This document shows positions 20,379-31,048 of a DNA stretch of 64,000 nucleotides, piece after piece. The notes beneath the pieces are model-generated. The model was not told the DNA's origin. It saw only the letters and a program-made list of their open reading frames with translations, and did not search any database. Origin of the DNA: Spirochaetia bacterium (lineage in GTDB: Bacteria; Spirochaetota; Spirochaetia; CAKZLE01); contig OY782041.1 of NCBI GenBank assembly GCA_963677595.1, positions 2,304,001 through 2,368,000 of the forward strand, written 5' to 3'. Both the position numbers and the translations under genes were made by a program. Each line of letters begins with the position of its first letter. Position 1 is the first letter of the stretch.

Positions 20379-23300
20379 TTACTCTGCAACCCAGGCTGAG
20401 CTGGTTGCATCCCAGTGATAGGTGCCTCTCGTCAGTGTGACGGAGCGGAAGGACCCAACGGACCCAGAGGTCACGATCACCGTGAGCTTGTTATTGTTTG
20501 CCCTTACCTCGATGATATCATCGGCGAACAGTGTGAGTCCCTGTGTGACCTTCTCAGCCTTGTCATCACCACGTGTGTGCCATATATTGCCGTTCACGAT
20601 TATGGCAGTCGATACTGGCTGCGAAACTGATGACGTCATCGGTACGGCGCTGGTGAACACTGTCTGCAATGGAGCCGGTGCTACTATTGGGGCTCCTCCC
20701 TGGCTTCCTGTCTGTTCAGGTGGTGGTCCTTCCTCCTCCCTGACGATCAGCTGCAGCACGTACTGTGCCTGTTCACCGGTCTTCCCGGTCGCTGTCACCG
20801 TCAGGATGTGGTCCCCGGTCGTGAGGTTCGGCAGGGATCCCGGTATGAACTGTGCCCCGGTCCCGAGGGTGCCGTCCAGCTGTGAATTCCAGCTGATTGC
20901 CTCGCCGCTGAGTTCCGTTCCGTCGGTATCAGAAGCGGTTGCCTGGAGGACGAAGTCAGCACCTGGTGTCACGGTCAGCATCGTCTCTGGCGGGTTCACT
21001 GCCAGGGTCACCGGCCCGGTGACTGCCAGCGGTACGGAGGTCTGAGCCAGGACGTTCCCGCTGCCGTCAACGGCGGCTGCGGTAATCTGCTCCTGACCAG
21101 GTGTGAGGCTGAGTGCTGCGAGGTCGAGGGTCGTTCCCGTCCCGACCGGCTCTGCGGCGGCTGCGGTATACCAGTCGACTGAGGCCCCTTCGAGGGCGAA
21201 CAGGTCGGCCGTGAGTTCGACAGAGGTGCCTGACCGCAGGTCGTAGGATGCCGGTGCCCCGGAGATCGTGATACCCGGCTGCCGTTCGAAGATGTTCATG
21301 TCATAGGTAACCGTTCTCGTTGTCTGGCCGTCTGATACGTCGAATGCCAGTTTGTAGACGCCTTCTGCCAGTGAGGCGGTAGAGACATCCACGACTACCT
21401 CAAGGATCTTGCCGTCGTCACTCTGGGTCATGGATTGGAGCGTGGAGTCAGCCCCGTCCCCATTGATCTCGGCAGTGATGGTATTTGCCGTGATCCCGAT
21501 GATGTTGAGGGTGAACTGCTGGGTGTCTGCAGCCCAGAGTATCTCATTCGGTACAGGTGTCACGATGGCTGCGGAAGCTTCGGTGATCAGCTGGATCGGG
21601 AATGACCTGGTCGTCTGTACCGTGCCGGCATCAGTGACACTGAGTTCGATAGTTGCTGGGCCGGCACTGAACCCGGAGGGGTTCAGGCTCGATGTTGTTC
21701 CAGCTGCTCTGGCAGTGGTGCTTCCCTGCTTCAGGGTCCAGCTGACTGACGGGGCTATACCTCCCGAGACCGCTGCGGTCACCAGTATGGTGTTCCCGTT
21801 CTCCACGAGGAAGGTCTTGTACCCGTTGTTCACCGTACCTGATGTGATCGCTGCCGGCTGTATGATGTTCAGGGTGACAGAGGCACTCCCCTCGAGGCCG
21901 TACTGGTCAGCTGCCGTTGCCGTGAAGGTATAGGCTGCCGGATTCGTCAGGTTGGAGAGCGTGAGGACGTTCCTACTTCCCAGGACGGTACCTGCCGCAT
22001 TGGTCCAGGTGATCTGTGGAGAAGACTGGTCGTCTGAAGCAGCTGCCGTCAGGACGATCGGGGATCCGGCAAGGTACTGTGTACCGCCGTCCGCTGATGA
22101 GATCGTCACCTCCGGTGCCGCATTCACCTCGAATGTAATCATGTCGAACTCTTCGCCTGCTGAACGTATGGCCAGCGTATGGGTACCTGCAGTTTCCGGT
22201 GCGATGAAGGTAGAGTTCGGCAGGTCTGACTCATCCAGGTACCAGGTCACGACGACTCCGGCAGGGGGTGTCCCTACCAGTTCCGGGTTCAGCTCGGCAC
22301 CGGCGTTGACCAGTTCCCCGTGCGGCCAGTAGATGCTCAGGTTCACCGGTTCGGGGATCACTGATACGGTCACATCCTCTGACCACTCGGTACCCGTGAC
22401 AGAGTCAAGGTACCTGAAGGCAACTGTGTAGTCACCCTCAGCAGTCGGCGTAAAGGATGTATCGAAGCCCTGGACTGTCTCGCCGGACCCGTCCGGCTTT
22501 GTGATGTTCCATCGAGGCAGGTCTGACGGTGCAAGCGAGAAGTCCCCTTCAAGGGCTGCGAACAGCCTGAAGGATTTCCCCGGGTACACCTCGGTATTAT
22601 CTTTCGGTGCGAGCAGGTTCACCCCGGTGATGCCTGACTTCACGGTGAAGGAGACCTGCTTCTGGGAGGTCAGCCCCATGGAGTCGGAGGCAGTGACCCG
22701 AAGGGTGTGCAGCCCGACCTGGGCTGAGGTCAGAGTCTGGCCGGAAGATACCTGTCTACCGTCGAGGTAGGTGGTATAGGAGAGGGTACCGTCATGGTCA
22801 TCGACAGCCCCGGCAGTGAAGCTCAACCGCGTCCCGACATACTGGGCAGGTTCAGCCGTGAGGGTGACCTCCGGCGGGTTGTTCGGTCTCAGGCTGATCG
22901 TCCTGCTGGTCTCCCGCTCCTCGCCAAGGTAGCTTGCGGTGAGGGTAAGGGTATAGCTGCCGTCCTTTCCTGCAGGATCGTACTGGAAGGCTTTCCTTCG
23001 CCCGATGATGGTGCTGTCAAGCTTCCAGGTGAAGGTAGCCTGGTCGGCGCCTTCCCCGGTGAACTGAAGCTTCCCGCCCGGGTTGTAGTAGATCGTATCC
23101 GCAGCAGGTGCGGTGATCGTTGGGGCATCGAATGCTATGACGTTAACCGTTACTGAGTTACTCTCGATCTCCTGTCCGTCAATGGCATAGACTGCCATGA
23201 TCTCATAGGAATCAGCAGAACTCTCCGAGAACTGGTAACTGAGGCCTGAAGAGCCGCTGTCTGACCCGTTGACATACCAGTAGATCTCATCCACGAGGCG

Positions 23301-26300
23301 CGATACCGGGACGACCGTGCTGAGCGTTCGTGCCGATACCCTGCAGGTGATCTCCTGCCCCTCGATGATGGTCACCTGATCCGCAGGTGCCATGAGGGAG
23401 AGGATCAGGTCACTCTGGACCCTTACGCCCACCGTGTCAGAGGAATAAGTCCTGCCGTTGATAGCGACAGCTGACAGGCCTATCTCATGCTCGCCGGGAG
23501 CCATTGGTGGCAGTGTTGCAGAGAGGCTGTCGATACCATCGACCTCTTCCCCGTCGACTTCCCAGTAGTAGCGGTATACGATACTCCCGGAAGCGGTATT
23601 GGCGAGTGCCCCGGACAGTGAGATGCGGTCGGTCGGTCCATAGGAAGCCCCGTCGTTCGGTGAGGCGATGGATAGAGCCGGTTCCGGGTAGGAGGTGAAG
23701 GTGACAGCCGTCGAAGCTGGCTGGACACCCAAATCCTCCCCATACGGTACAGCCGTGACGGTGACCACATGTGAGCCGGATGTCCGGGCTGTGAATTCCC
23801 TACTGTCAGTCGGTGACGCACCGCTTTCAATGGTATTCCCGTCTAGTTTCCATGTGAGGGTATCCACATAGCTGATATTCTCTATAGCCAGGCTAACGGT
23901 CACCGGCATGCCGTTCATCACGGAGGAATCTGATATCGAGGCATCGATTTGTATTACAATAGGGGTCTCATCATACGTGTTTGCCTCACCAAGGTCGAAT
24001 TGAGTTGTGGGATGAAAAGCAGCATATTGCACCGCCTCTTGAGCTTTTTTAAAAGCATCCTCAGCATAACTTGCAGCATGATCGGCAGCCTGTGAAGCAG
24101 TATGTACAGCAGACTGAGCTGTAATTTGAGACGTTGCCTGTGCAGCGTTCTCAGCGGCAGCCTGGGCAGTAGCAGCCTCAGCGGCAGCTTCCGTGGCATA
24201 CCCAGCGGCATCTTCTGCGTAGGTGCTGTCAGGCAATGCAGCCTGTGCCTCTGCGGCAGACTGTGCTGCAGCGGCAGCAGACTGGGCTGCAGCGGCAGCA
24301 AATCCAGCTGCTTCTTCAGCGATCTGCTTGAATTGGGCTGCAGCCGTATTCACCATATTCTGCAGCTCAATGGCTATCTGGGCAACAATCGCAGCCTGGG
24401 CTGCAGCCTCCTGGGCTGCGGCCTGGGCCACAGCAGCATCATGGTTTGCCGCAGCACCCTGAGCAGCCTCAGCAGCCCTTTGGGCAGTACCTTTTGCATC
24501 GGCTGCATCACTATACTTCTGTTGTGCTTCTACAAGAATACTCGTATAGCCCTGTGCTGTAGCTGATTCTAGAGCCTGAAAGGCAGTCCGCAACGACTGA
24601 GCAGCCGCATCTGCGGAAGCCTGTGCTGCAGCAGCAGCTGCATCCGCTGCTGCCCAATCGGGGTTCGCTGTCACGGTTATCCGTGCGGTCTTCTCTATGA
24701 TAGTCTCGTTGTCGAAGGAATCAGTGAACACGGCTGTTGCCGTGATGGTATAGGTACCTGTAGTATCATTGAAGGAGGGACTGAATGTGGTTCCTGAACC
24801 GGAGTCACTACTTGGCCCTGTTACTGCCCAGGTAATACTGTCGGGCTCGATTGGTAAGCCGGTCGCCTCGGCGGTGTAAGTATTCCCGATCTCGACCGGG
24901 CTTCCTGCGCTGATGCTGAAATTCGGGGTGATGACCCGTGCCGTCTGGGAAGCGGAGGTCGTCGAGACGCCCGCGGAATCAGAGGCCCTGCAGTTGATGG
25001 CCAGCGAGCTGTAGTCCCTCGTCGGGGTGTATTCGACAGAATCCCCGTTCAGGGTCGTGCTGCCGATCGTCCACCTGTATACCGTGATTTCCTCATCATC
25101 GAAGGCCTCAGCGGAAGCCTCGAAGGTATAGGTCTCATTCTTGAACATGACCGCTCCGTCCAGGTCCGTGTCGACGGACACCTCCGGGGCCTGGTGGGTT
25201 TGTGTCGTGAAGGCTCCCTCTCCCGAGAGGGAGAATGCTGACCGGTCCGAGGCATAGCGGGGGACGACATGCCATGCATAGCGTGTGCCGTAGTTCAGCT
25301 TATCTGATATCGTATAGGAGGTATCCTCCGTATTCCCGAGTTTGGTGCTCCCGAGATAGACGTCATAGGACTCTACCCAGTCATCGTTCTCGTAATCACC
25401 GAAGCTCCAGGAGAGTTCGGGCGACCAGGTATCATCCAGGTCAGGAGCATCATAGGAGACTGAAGCTGTCGGGAAGGAGAAGGTCCTGGTCTTCTCCTGG
25501 GCGATCTCTGCACCGTTCCAGTCCGTGTACCGGATCGTGAGGGTGTAGCTTGCACCTGCACGGAAATTCAGGCTGTCCGCTGAGAGGTCATAGGTAGCCA
25601 GGCCTTCATCGGTACCGCCGGGATACCCCTTGAGTCCTGTGCCGGAGGGTGAGCCGTGGGGGATAGCCTTGGAGAAGTTGACACCCGAGCCTGTGATCGA
25701 GAGAGTCGATGTGGTCTTCCTGGTGTCCTGGTAGTTCGGCACCTCTGGAAGGCTCCACTCGATCGCATATCGGTCACCGATGGTGGGGTAGGTATCAATG
25801 CTCATACCGCCGATGTTCACGACCTTGAAGGTCACATCTTCTTCGCCCCTGTCAACATCGTAGTTGTTCGGGTCGTCAGTATTATCATAATCCCGCTCGT
25901 AGATATGGAAGGCGATGGTGTAATCACCTTCCGGGAGGTTCAGGACTTCCCCGATGAAGGTACTCAGTTCGGCGGTGTCGGAAATATCGAAATTCGAGAA
26001 GTCCATGCTTCCCGGGGAGGTGCTGTGGCTTGTGCCGAAATCACCGGTGAAGCCGTCGAACCCGAAGTTCATGTAGCTTTCAAGGTTGTTCATGATCGTC
26101 GTGTTGTCGATGGTCATCGAATCCCCACTGGGGATGGTGGGGTAGAGGTTGATCGTCATCGTCCCGTCCCATTCCTGGTCTGCCGCAGAGGCATCAGCGG
26201 GGACATCTATGGTGATGCTGAAAGCGACTTTGAGTTCTGCATCTCCCGTCTGGTCATTGAGGATGGTGATGCGCAGGATCGAGTTCGCCAGCAGGGATGC

Positions 26301-26462
26301 CGGGCTGATCTTCGCATACTGCGTTGTCACGATCTCCGGGTCATTCAGGAGCTCTCTCGACCTAATGCTCCGCACCTTGGCGAACGGTGTCGCCATGGCG
26401 AATATCAGCAGGATGATTGCGACTAACTTGATTTTCAATGAGATTTTTGTACTGGTAAACAC
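20379..26462 (-). CDS. Giant secreted surface protein with FN3/PKD/Ig-like repeats and an Ala-rich helical insert
   Basis: Signal peptide; many ~90-aa beta-sandwich repeats (W...G.H/Y..T.TA.D); Ala-rich block; GTG start with RBS. Confidence 0.8.
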   Translation of the reverse strand: MFTSTKISLKIKLVAIILLIFAMATPFAKVRSIRSRELLNDPEIVTTQYAKISPASLLANSILRITILNDQTGDAELKVAFSITIDVPADASAADQEWDGTMTINLYPTIPSGDSMTIDNTTIMNNLESYMNFGFDGFTGDFGTSHSTSPGSMDFSNFDISDTAELSTFIGEVLNLPEGDYTIAFHIYERDYDNTDDPNNYDVDRGEEDVTFKVVNIGGMSIDTYPTIGDRYAIEWSLPEVPNYQDTRKTTSTLSITGSGVNFSKAIPHGSPSGTGLKGYPGGTDEGLATYDLSADSLNFRAGASYTLTIRYTDWNGAEIAQEKTRTFSFPTASVSYDAPDLDDTWSPELSWSFGDYENDDWVESYDVYLGSTKLGNTEDTSYTISDKLNYGTRYAWHVVPRYASDRSAFSLSGEGAFTTQTHQAPEVSVDTDLDGAVMFKNETYTFEASAEAFDDEEITVYRWTIGSTTLNGDSVEYTPTRDYSSLAINCRASDSAGVSTTSASQTARVITPNFSISAGSPVEIGNTYTAEATGLPIEPDSITWAVTGPSSDSGSGTTFSPSFNDTTGTYTITATAVFTDSFDNETIIEKTARITVTANPDWAAADAAAAAAQASADAAAQSLRTAFQALESATAQGYTSILVEAQQKYSDAADAKGTAQRAAEAAQGAAANHDAAVAQAAAQEAAAQAAIVAQIAIELQNMVNTAAAQFKQIAEEAAGFAAAAAQSAAAAAQSAAEAQAALPDSTYAEDAAGYATEAAAEAATAQAAAENAAQATSQITAQSAVHTASQAADHAASYAEDAFKKAQEAVQYAAFHPTTQFDLGEANTYDETPIVIQIDASISDSSVMNGMPVTVSLAIENISYVDTLTWKLDGNTIESGASPTDSREFTARTSGSHVVTVTAVPYGEDLGVQPASTAVTFTSYPEPALSIASPNDGASYGPTDRISLSGALANTASGSIVYRYYWEVDGEEVDGIDSLSATLPPMAPGEHEIGLSAVAINGRTYSSDTVGVRVQSDLILSLMAPADQVTIIEGQEITCRVSARTLSTVVPVSRLVDEIYWYVNGSDSGSSGLSYQFSESSADSYEIMAVYAIDGQEIESNSVTVNVIAFDAPTITAPAADTIYYNPGGKLQFTGEGADQATFTWKLDSTIIGRRKAFQYDPAGKDGSYTLTLTASYLGEERETSRTISLRPNNPPEVTLTAEPAQYVGTRLSFTAGAVDDHDGTLSYTTYLDGRQVSSGQTLTSAQVGLHTLRVTASDSMGLTSQKQVSFTVKSGITGVNLLAPKDNTEVYPGKSFRLFAALEGDFSLAPSDLPRWNITKPDGSGETVQGFDTSFTPTAEGDYTVAFRYLDSVTGTEWSEDVTVSVIPEPVNLSIYWPHGELVNAGAELNPELVGTPPAGVVVTWYLDESDLPNSTFIAPETAGTHTLAIRSAGEEFDMITFEVNAAPEVTISSADGGTQYLAGSPIVLTAAASDDQSSPQITWTNAAGTVLGSRNVLTLSNLTNPAAYTFTATAADQYGLEGSASVTLNIIQPAAITSGTVNNGYKTFLVENGNTILVTAAVSGGIAPSVSWTLKQGSTTARAAGTTSSLNPSGFSAGPATIELSVTDAGTVQTTRSFPIQLITEASAAIVTPVPNEILWAADTQQFTLNIIGITANTITAEINGDGADSTLQSMTQSDDGKILEVVVDVSTASLAEGVYKLAFDVSDGQTTRTVTYDMNIFERQPGITISGAPASYDLRSGTSVELTADLFALEGASVDWYTAAAAEPVGTGTTLDLAALSLTPGQEQITAAAVDGSGNVLAQTSVPLAVTGPVTLAVNPPETMLTVTPGADFVLQATASDTDGTELSGEAISWNSQLDGTLGTGAQFIPGSLPNLTTGDHILTVTATGKTGEQAQYVLQLIVREEEGPPPEQTGSQGGAPIVAPAPLQTVFTSAVPMTSSVSQPVSTAIIVNGNIWHTRGDDKAEKVTQGLTLFADDIIEVRANNNKLTVIVTSGSVGSFRSVTLTRGTYHWDATSSAWVAE

Positions 26463-26647
26463 AGTGTCCCCCTCTGTCAGCCAGTTGGGAAGAACAGGGA
26501 TGTATTAATGTATGAGATCAACTTGTTGTGCAAAGCAGGTTGACTACCTACCATCATAGCTTGTAGACAGGGGGGGTGCAAGAAAAGTTGGGAGTTTTTT
26601 TGTTCTTAATGGGTATGTAACACAAGTATATATAGTATTGCAGAGTG

Positions 26648-26839
26648 CTAGCTTATATGCTGCACCCGTCCCACATTGCCGTCGGTGAGCCGGACCTTGA
26701 TGCCGTGCGGATGGAAGCTCGATTTCGTGAGGATGTCCTTCACCACACCGTGGGTGAGCTTCCCTGTCCGCTGGTCCTGCTTCAGGACGATGTCCACCTC
26801 GAGCCCGGGGTGTATGCTGCTGCGTTCTTTACCATTCAT
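26648..26839 (-). CDS. YwbE-family protein (DUF2196)
   Basis: IVLKQDQRTGKLT.GVVKDILTKS..HPHGIKVRL.DG.VGRV signature. Confidence 0.9.
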   Translation of the reverse strand: MNGKERSSIHPGLEVDIVLKQDQRTGKLTHGVVKDILTKSSFHPHGIKVRLTDGNVGRVQHIS

Positions 26840-26980
26840 GGAGGCAGTATAGGACAGTGAGCGTGATTATCCAAGCTGGATGAGGCGGAAAATTCATAAG
26901 AAAGCATTTATGAAACTGGTAAGGTAGTGTAAGATGAGGAGAAAAGCGAACGACAGCCTGTTCTGTTTAAGAGGTGTAGC

Positions 26981-28099
26981 ATGATCACAGTACGAGAAGC
27001 GACGACGAAGAGGGACATCAACCGGTTCTTCACCTTCCCGATCGAATTATATAAGGATAACCCCTATTACGTACCCGGGCTCATCTACGATGAGAAGGGG
27101 ACCTTCAATAAGAAGAAGAACCCGGTCTACGAGCATGCCGAGAGCATCCTCTTCCTGGCGGAGCGAGACGGCGAGGTCGTCGGGCGTGCCGCGGGGATCA
27201 TCAACCACAAACTCAACGAGCACCAGGGGATCAAGGATGTCAGGCTCTCCCGCTATGACATCATCGATGACCTCGAGGTATCCCGTGCCCTGATCGACAA
27301 GGTCACCGAGTGGGGGAAGTCAAAGGGGATGACCCGTATGATCGGGCCCATGGGGTTCTCGGACCTCGACAAGCAGGGGCTGCTCATCGAGGGGTTCGAC
27401 CAGCTCGGGATGTTCATCACCTTATACAACCATCCCTATTACAAGGACCATCTCGAGGCACTGGGCTTCGAGAAGGAGGTCGACTGGGTCGAGTTCAAGA
27501 TCTTCACCCCGGAATATCTCGACCCCAAGATCGAGCGGGTCACCGAGATCGCCATGAAGCGAAACGGCTATAAGCTGCTTACCTTCGAGAAGAAGAAGGA
27601 TGCCATCCCCTATGCCCGCAGGGCCTTCTATATGTACAACGAGGCCTTCGCCAAGATCTACGGCTTCTATCCCCAGACCGATGCCCAGATCGAGGCACTG
27701 ATCGATGAGTTCATCATGATCGTCACGGCTGAGTACTTCTTCATCGTGACCGACAAGGATGATGAGGTCATCGGCTTCGGCCTCATGGTACCCTCCCTCT
27801 CGGAGGCCGTGCAGAAGTCGAAGGGAAGGCTATTCCCCACCGGCCTGCTGAGGATCAAGAAGGCGCTCAAGCAGCACTCCATCCTCGACATGTATCTCAT
27901 CGCCGTGAAGCCCGAGTACCTCGGGCGCGGGGTCAATGCCCTGATCCTCAACGCGGGGATCAAGAAGGCGATGGAGAGCGGGGCCTCATTCGCCGAGACC
28001 GGGCCGGAGCTGGAGGACAACATGAACGTCCAGACCCAGTGGAAGACCTTCAAGACCGAACAGCACAAACGAAGACGGTGCTACAAGAAAGATATCTAG
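26981..28099 (+). CDS. GNAT-fold N-acetyltransferase (YghO-like)
   Basis: FLAERDGEVVGR, GPMGFSDLD..GLLIEGF, YNHPYY, YLGRGVNA motifs. Confidence 0.8.
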   Translation: MITVREATTKRDINRFFTFPIELYKDNPYYVPGLIYDEKGTFNKKKNPVYEHAESILFLAERDGEVVGRAAGIINHKLNEHQGIKDVRLSRYDIIDDLEVSRALIDKVTEWGKSKGMTRMIGPMGFSDLDKQGLLIEGFDQLGMFITLYNHPYYKDHLEALGFEKEVDWVEFKIFTPEYLDPKIERVTEIAMKRNGYKLLTFEKKKDAIPYARRAFYMYNEAFAKIYGFYPQTDAQIEALIDEFIMIVTAEYFFIVTDKDDEVIGFGLMVPSLSEAVQKSKGRLFPTGLLRIKKALKQHSILDMYLIAVKPEYLGRGVNALILNAGIKKAMESGASFAETGPELEDNMNVQTQWKTFKTEQHKRRRCYKKDI

Positions 28100-28121
28100 T
28101 CATAACATCAAGGAGGAGACG

Positions 28122-28487
28122 ATGGACAGGGACAGGATGATCAATGAGGCGATCGTGAAGCTGGCGCTGATCAGGGATGCCGACAGGCAGCGGATCGAAC
28201 GGGTGGCCGCAGACCTCGAGCGGTACACCTATGAGCCGATCTTCCTCTTCCCCGTTCCCGGCTTCCTCAGGATGGACAAGCTCTCAGTAGTCGGGTATAT
28301 CAAGGGCCTCGAGAACATGGGCGAGGAGGAGATCCGCTCCTTCGGCATCCTCGGGGACGAGAGTCCCGATGAGCTCGTCGGCAGGCAGCTGAAGATGGTC
28401 ATCCGGAACTTCTCCCTGCTCTCCCGCCTGCGGGAGGATGAACCCGAGGCCTGGGACGAGATCCATGAGCTCTATGAGGATGACTAG
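28122..28487 (+). CDS. Hypothetical protein
   Basis: Strong RBS aaggagga; host-like codon usage. Confidence 0.75.
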   Translation: MDRDRMINEAIVKLALIRDADRQRIERVAADLERYTYEPIFLFPVPGFLRMDKLSVVGYIKGLENMGEEEIRSFGILGDESPDELVGRQLKMVIRNFSLLSRLREDEPEAWDEIHELYEDD

Positions 28488-28551
28488 GGCTTGAACGGGT
28501 ATCCTGCCGTACCTTATCCGAGGAAGCTTCTTTCCACGATCTAACAATCAC

Positions 28552-28932
28552 TTACTTCATGATGACCTCTATCAGCTTGTATAGCACTGCGGCTGCCAGG
28601 GTAGCCCAGATGAGGATGAAGACTACCGCGAAGAGCCAGTTCTCCTTGAGCCTGAGCGGCTCCCCGGCTGCCCGTGCCCTGGCAGCTGCCATCACCTCTC
28701 CGGGGATCAGCCGCAGCGAGAGGGCGATGAGTGCAGGGAGGATGATGAGGTCGTCGAGGTAGCCGAGCACGGGGATGAAGTCGGGTATGAGGTCGATCGG
28801 GCTCAGCGCATAGGCGAGGGTGATGAAGAGGATGACCTTCGGCAGCCGTTTCAGCTGCGGGTCCCGGTAGGCATAGTATACTGCCGTGAGTTCTTCCTTG
28901 AGCTTCGCTGCCCGTTGTTTCAGTGTTCCCAT
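28552..28932 (-). CDS. YkvA / DUF1232 membrane protein
   Basis: AYALSPIDLIPDFIPVLGYLDD signature. Confidence 0.92.
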   Translation of the reverse strand: MGTLKQRAAKLKEELTAVYYAYRDPQLKRLPKVILFITLAYALSPIDLIPDFIPVLGYLDDLIILPALIALSLRLIPGEVMAAARARAAGEPLRLKENWLFAVVFILIWATLAAAVLYKLIEVIMK

Positions 28933-29080
28933 AGGTACAGGAGACAACGCAGCGTCAATTGAGTCAAGTGGCTGCCTGATGTTTTGTCAGCGGTTTACAT
29001 GCTGTATCAAGAGATGCTAAGCTTACCCCATACCACCGAGCTGCAGCTGATTACGAGTTAAAAAAGTACAAGGAATCTCT

Positions 29081-30268
29081 ATGAACCTAACTCCCATCCG
29101 GGGACGGGCAGTCCATAACCTCAGGGTACTGCTCCTCATCCTGCTCATCGTCTATGTGATCATCACCATCCCGGTGGTGCTGATCTCCAGGAATATAAAC
29201 CGCTACAGCACCTCGAACATCCAGCATGACGGCCTGGTCATCGCGAAGAGCCTCACCTCAGTCCTGAATGCCAGGATCGATTCCTACCGCACGCTGGTAG
29301 AATCTCCTGGGTACAGCCCAGGTTCCTATGATGAAGCCTATTACCGGGAAGCCTGCAGGACCCTGGGTGAGATCCTGGAATACACGGAAGCAGATTTCAT
29401 CTTCACCGAAAAGCAGGTCGATGATACGACCGCGATGTATATCCTTGACGGTGAGGATCCGTCGAGTGAATCCTTCTCTCCTGTCGGGACGGAGGATTCC
29501 ATCTCTGCGGTAGAACTGGAAGCGTTCCGTACACAGGAACCTCAGGTCACGGATCTGATAGATGATCCCGTCTGGGGTGAGTATATCACCGCATTCGCTC
29601 CCATAATCGACAAGCGGGACGGGACCTTCCTCGGCCTGGTCGGGGTAGACTACTCGAAGGAGTCCATCGAGGATGTCAAAGTCACCCTCTTCTGGTCGCT
29701 GGGGATCGGGATGACCCTGCTGATCATCATCCTCACAGCCCTCTCCTATGTGATCTACCTGATCCTGCAGGCCCGGCATGTACAGGACCATCTGACCCGT
29801 CTCTATAATCGGGCGTTCCTCACGAAGTCCCTGCATCGGCAGGTCCGGAAGTCCCGACGGCGGGAGGCTGAGCTGGGTCTCCTGATGATCGATATCGACT
29901 GGTTCAAGCAGGTCAACGACCGTGAAGGCCATGCAGCCGGTGATGAGGTGCTCGTGCAGGTCGGCAGGATGCTCCAGCACAGCACCCGCCCCCATGATAT
30001 CTGCTCACGGTACGGGGGGGATGAGTTCGTCATCCTCCTCCCTGCCTGCCGGGAGGAGGAGTGCAGGGCGGTCGCTGTACGGATCCTGGAGCATGCGAGA
30101 ACCCTGCATACCCCAGGGGGCCGGGCGGTGACCCTCAGCATCGGTCTCACCCGAGCCCTGGGGGGAACAACAGCCGAAGAGCTCCTGGAACAGGCTGACC
30201 TTGCGCTCTACCGGGCCAAGGAGCTGGGGAGGGACCGGGTCGCCGTCTTCGAGCATGGGATAGGATAG
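29081..30268 (+). CDS. Membrane diguanylate cyclase
   Basis: Two TM segments, periplasmic Cache-like domain, DIDWFK, RPHD I-site, GGDEF. Confidence 0.92.
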   Translation: MNLTPIRGRAVHNLRVLLLILLIVYVIITIPVVLISRNINRYSTSNIQHDGLVIAKSLTSVLNARIDSYRTLVESPGYSPGSYDEAYYREACRTLGEILEYTEADFIFTEKQVDDTTAMYILDGEDPSSESFSPVGTEDSISAVELEAFRTQEPQVTDLIDDPVWGEYITAFAPIIDKRDGTFLGLVGVDYSKESIEDVKVTLFWSLGIGMTLLIIILTALSYVIYLILQARHVQDHLTRLYNRAFLTKSLHRQVRKSRRREAELGLLMIDIDWFKQVNDREGHAAGDEVLVQVGRMLQHSTRPHDICSRYGGDEFVILLPACREEECRAVAVRILEHARTLHTPGGRAVTLSIGLTRALGGTTAEELLEQADLALYRAKELGRDRVAVFEHGIG

Positions 30269-30390
30269 AGGATCCTTCAGGATACAGGACAAACGCATGA
30301 AACAAAACTAATTGATTAACAGCAAAGATCTAACCATCGGAAAAACTGCAGAAAATGAGAAATTTTCTGGTAATTCTGATGGTTTTCTTG

Positions 30391-30417
30391 TATAATGTAT
30401 TACATAGTATGTAATAC
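30391..30417 (+). promoter_or_regulatory. -10 box and palindromic operator of the IS operon
   Basis: TATAAT (30391-30396) immediately followed by gtattacata-g-tatgtaatac (30397-30417), then RBS ggagg. Confidence 0.65.
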
Positions 30418-30429
30418 TTCGGAGGTTGT

Positions 30430-31047
30430 ATGCCCTATCCACCGTGGGTCATGAAACATAAACAGAAAGGCATGTATGTCAACAAGGTCAATGATTCGAC
30501 CTATCGTATCTATCGCGGTCATTCAGAACGGGTGAAAGGCACCAAGAAAGTCAAACGTATCGTTGATGAATACATCGGTACCATCACCGAGAAAGATGGT
30601 CTGATCCCCACAAAACCCAAGATCAAGGGCGAGGTGCGTACCCTTCGTAGTGGAGGATATGCGATCCTCTGGCGATTCTGTCGAGCCAACCTGCAGCGCA
30701 TACCTCAGCTCATGGGAGATGATGCGGGTGCTGCCGTACTTGCTTCTGCGATACTTCAGGTGATCTATGGGGAGGCTTCTTCTTTTCTGTATAGCTGTGA
30801 TTGGGTGAGTATGGCCTATCCTGATGTCACCTTCCCCCTGACACCTGTGCTGGAGGCAGAAGCGAGGCGAGTGGCAACGGCCTTGCGATCCACACTCACG
30901 GCGGTTTTCGGGGAACAGGCTTCACTGGTGATGCATGCTGCTGCCTTCATCACCAGGGTCTGGGTAAATGGGCAATGGGTCAATGCCGTCGTGCCGCAAG
31001 CATGTAGGGAGCTGGCAAAGACCTATGATTTTCGTTGGGAGGTGTAA
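30430..31047 (+). CDS. IS accessory protein resembling the N-terminal domain of IS1634-like transposases
   Basis: Basic N-terminus YPPWVMKHKQKG...YRIYRGHSERVKG...YIGTITEKDGLIP; good RBS; stop 1 bp before the transposase start. Confidence 0.7.
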   Translation: MPYPPWVMKHKQKGMYVNKVNDSTYRIYRGHSERVKGTKKVKRIVDEYIGTITEKDGLIPTKPKIKGEVRTLRSGGYAILWRFCRANLQRIPQLMGDDAGAAVLASAILQVIYGEASSFLYSCDWVSMAYPDVTFPLTPVLEAEARRVATALRSTLTAVFGEQASLVMHAAAFITRVWVNGQWVNAVVPQACRELAKTYDFRWEV

Positions 31048-31048
31048 C

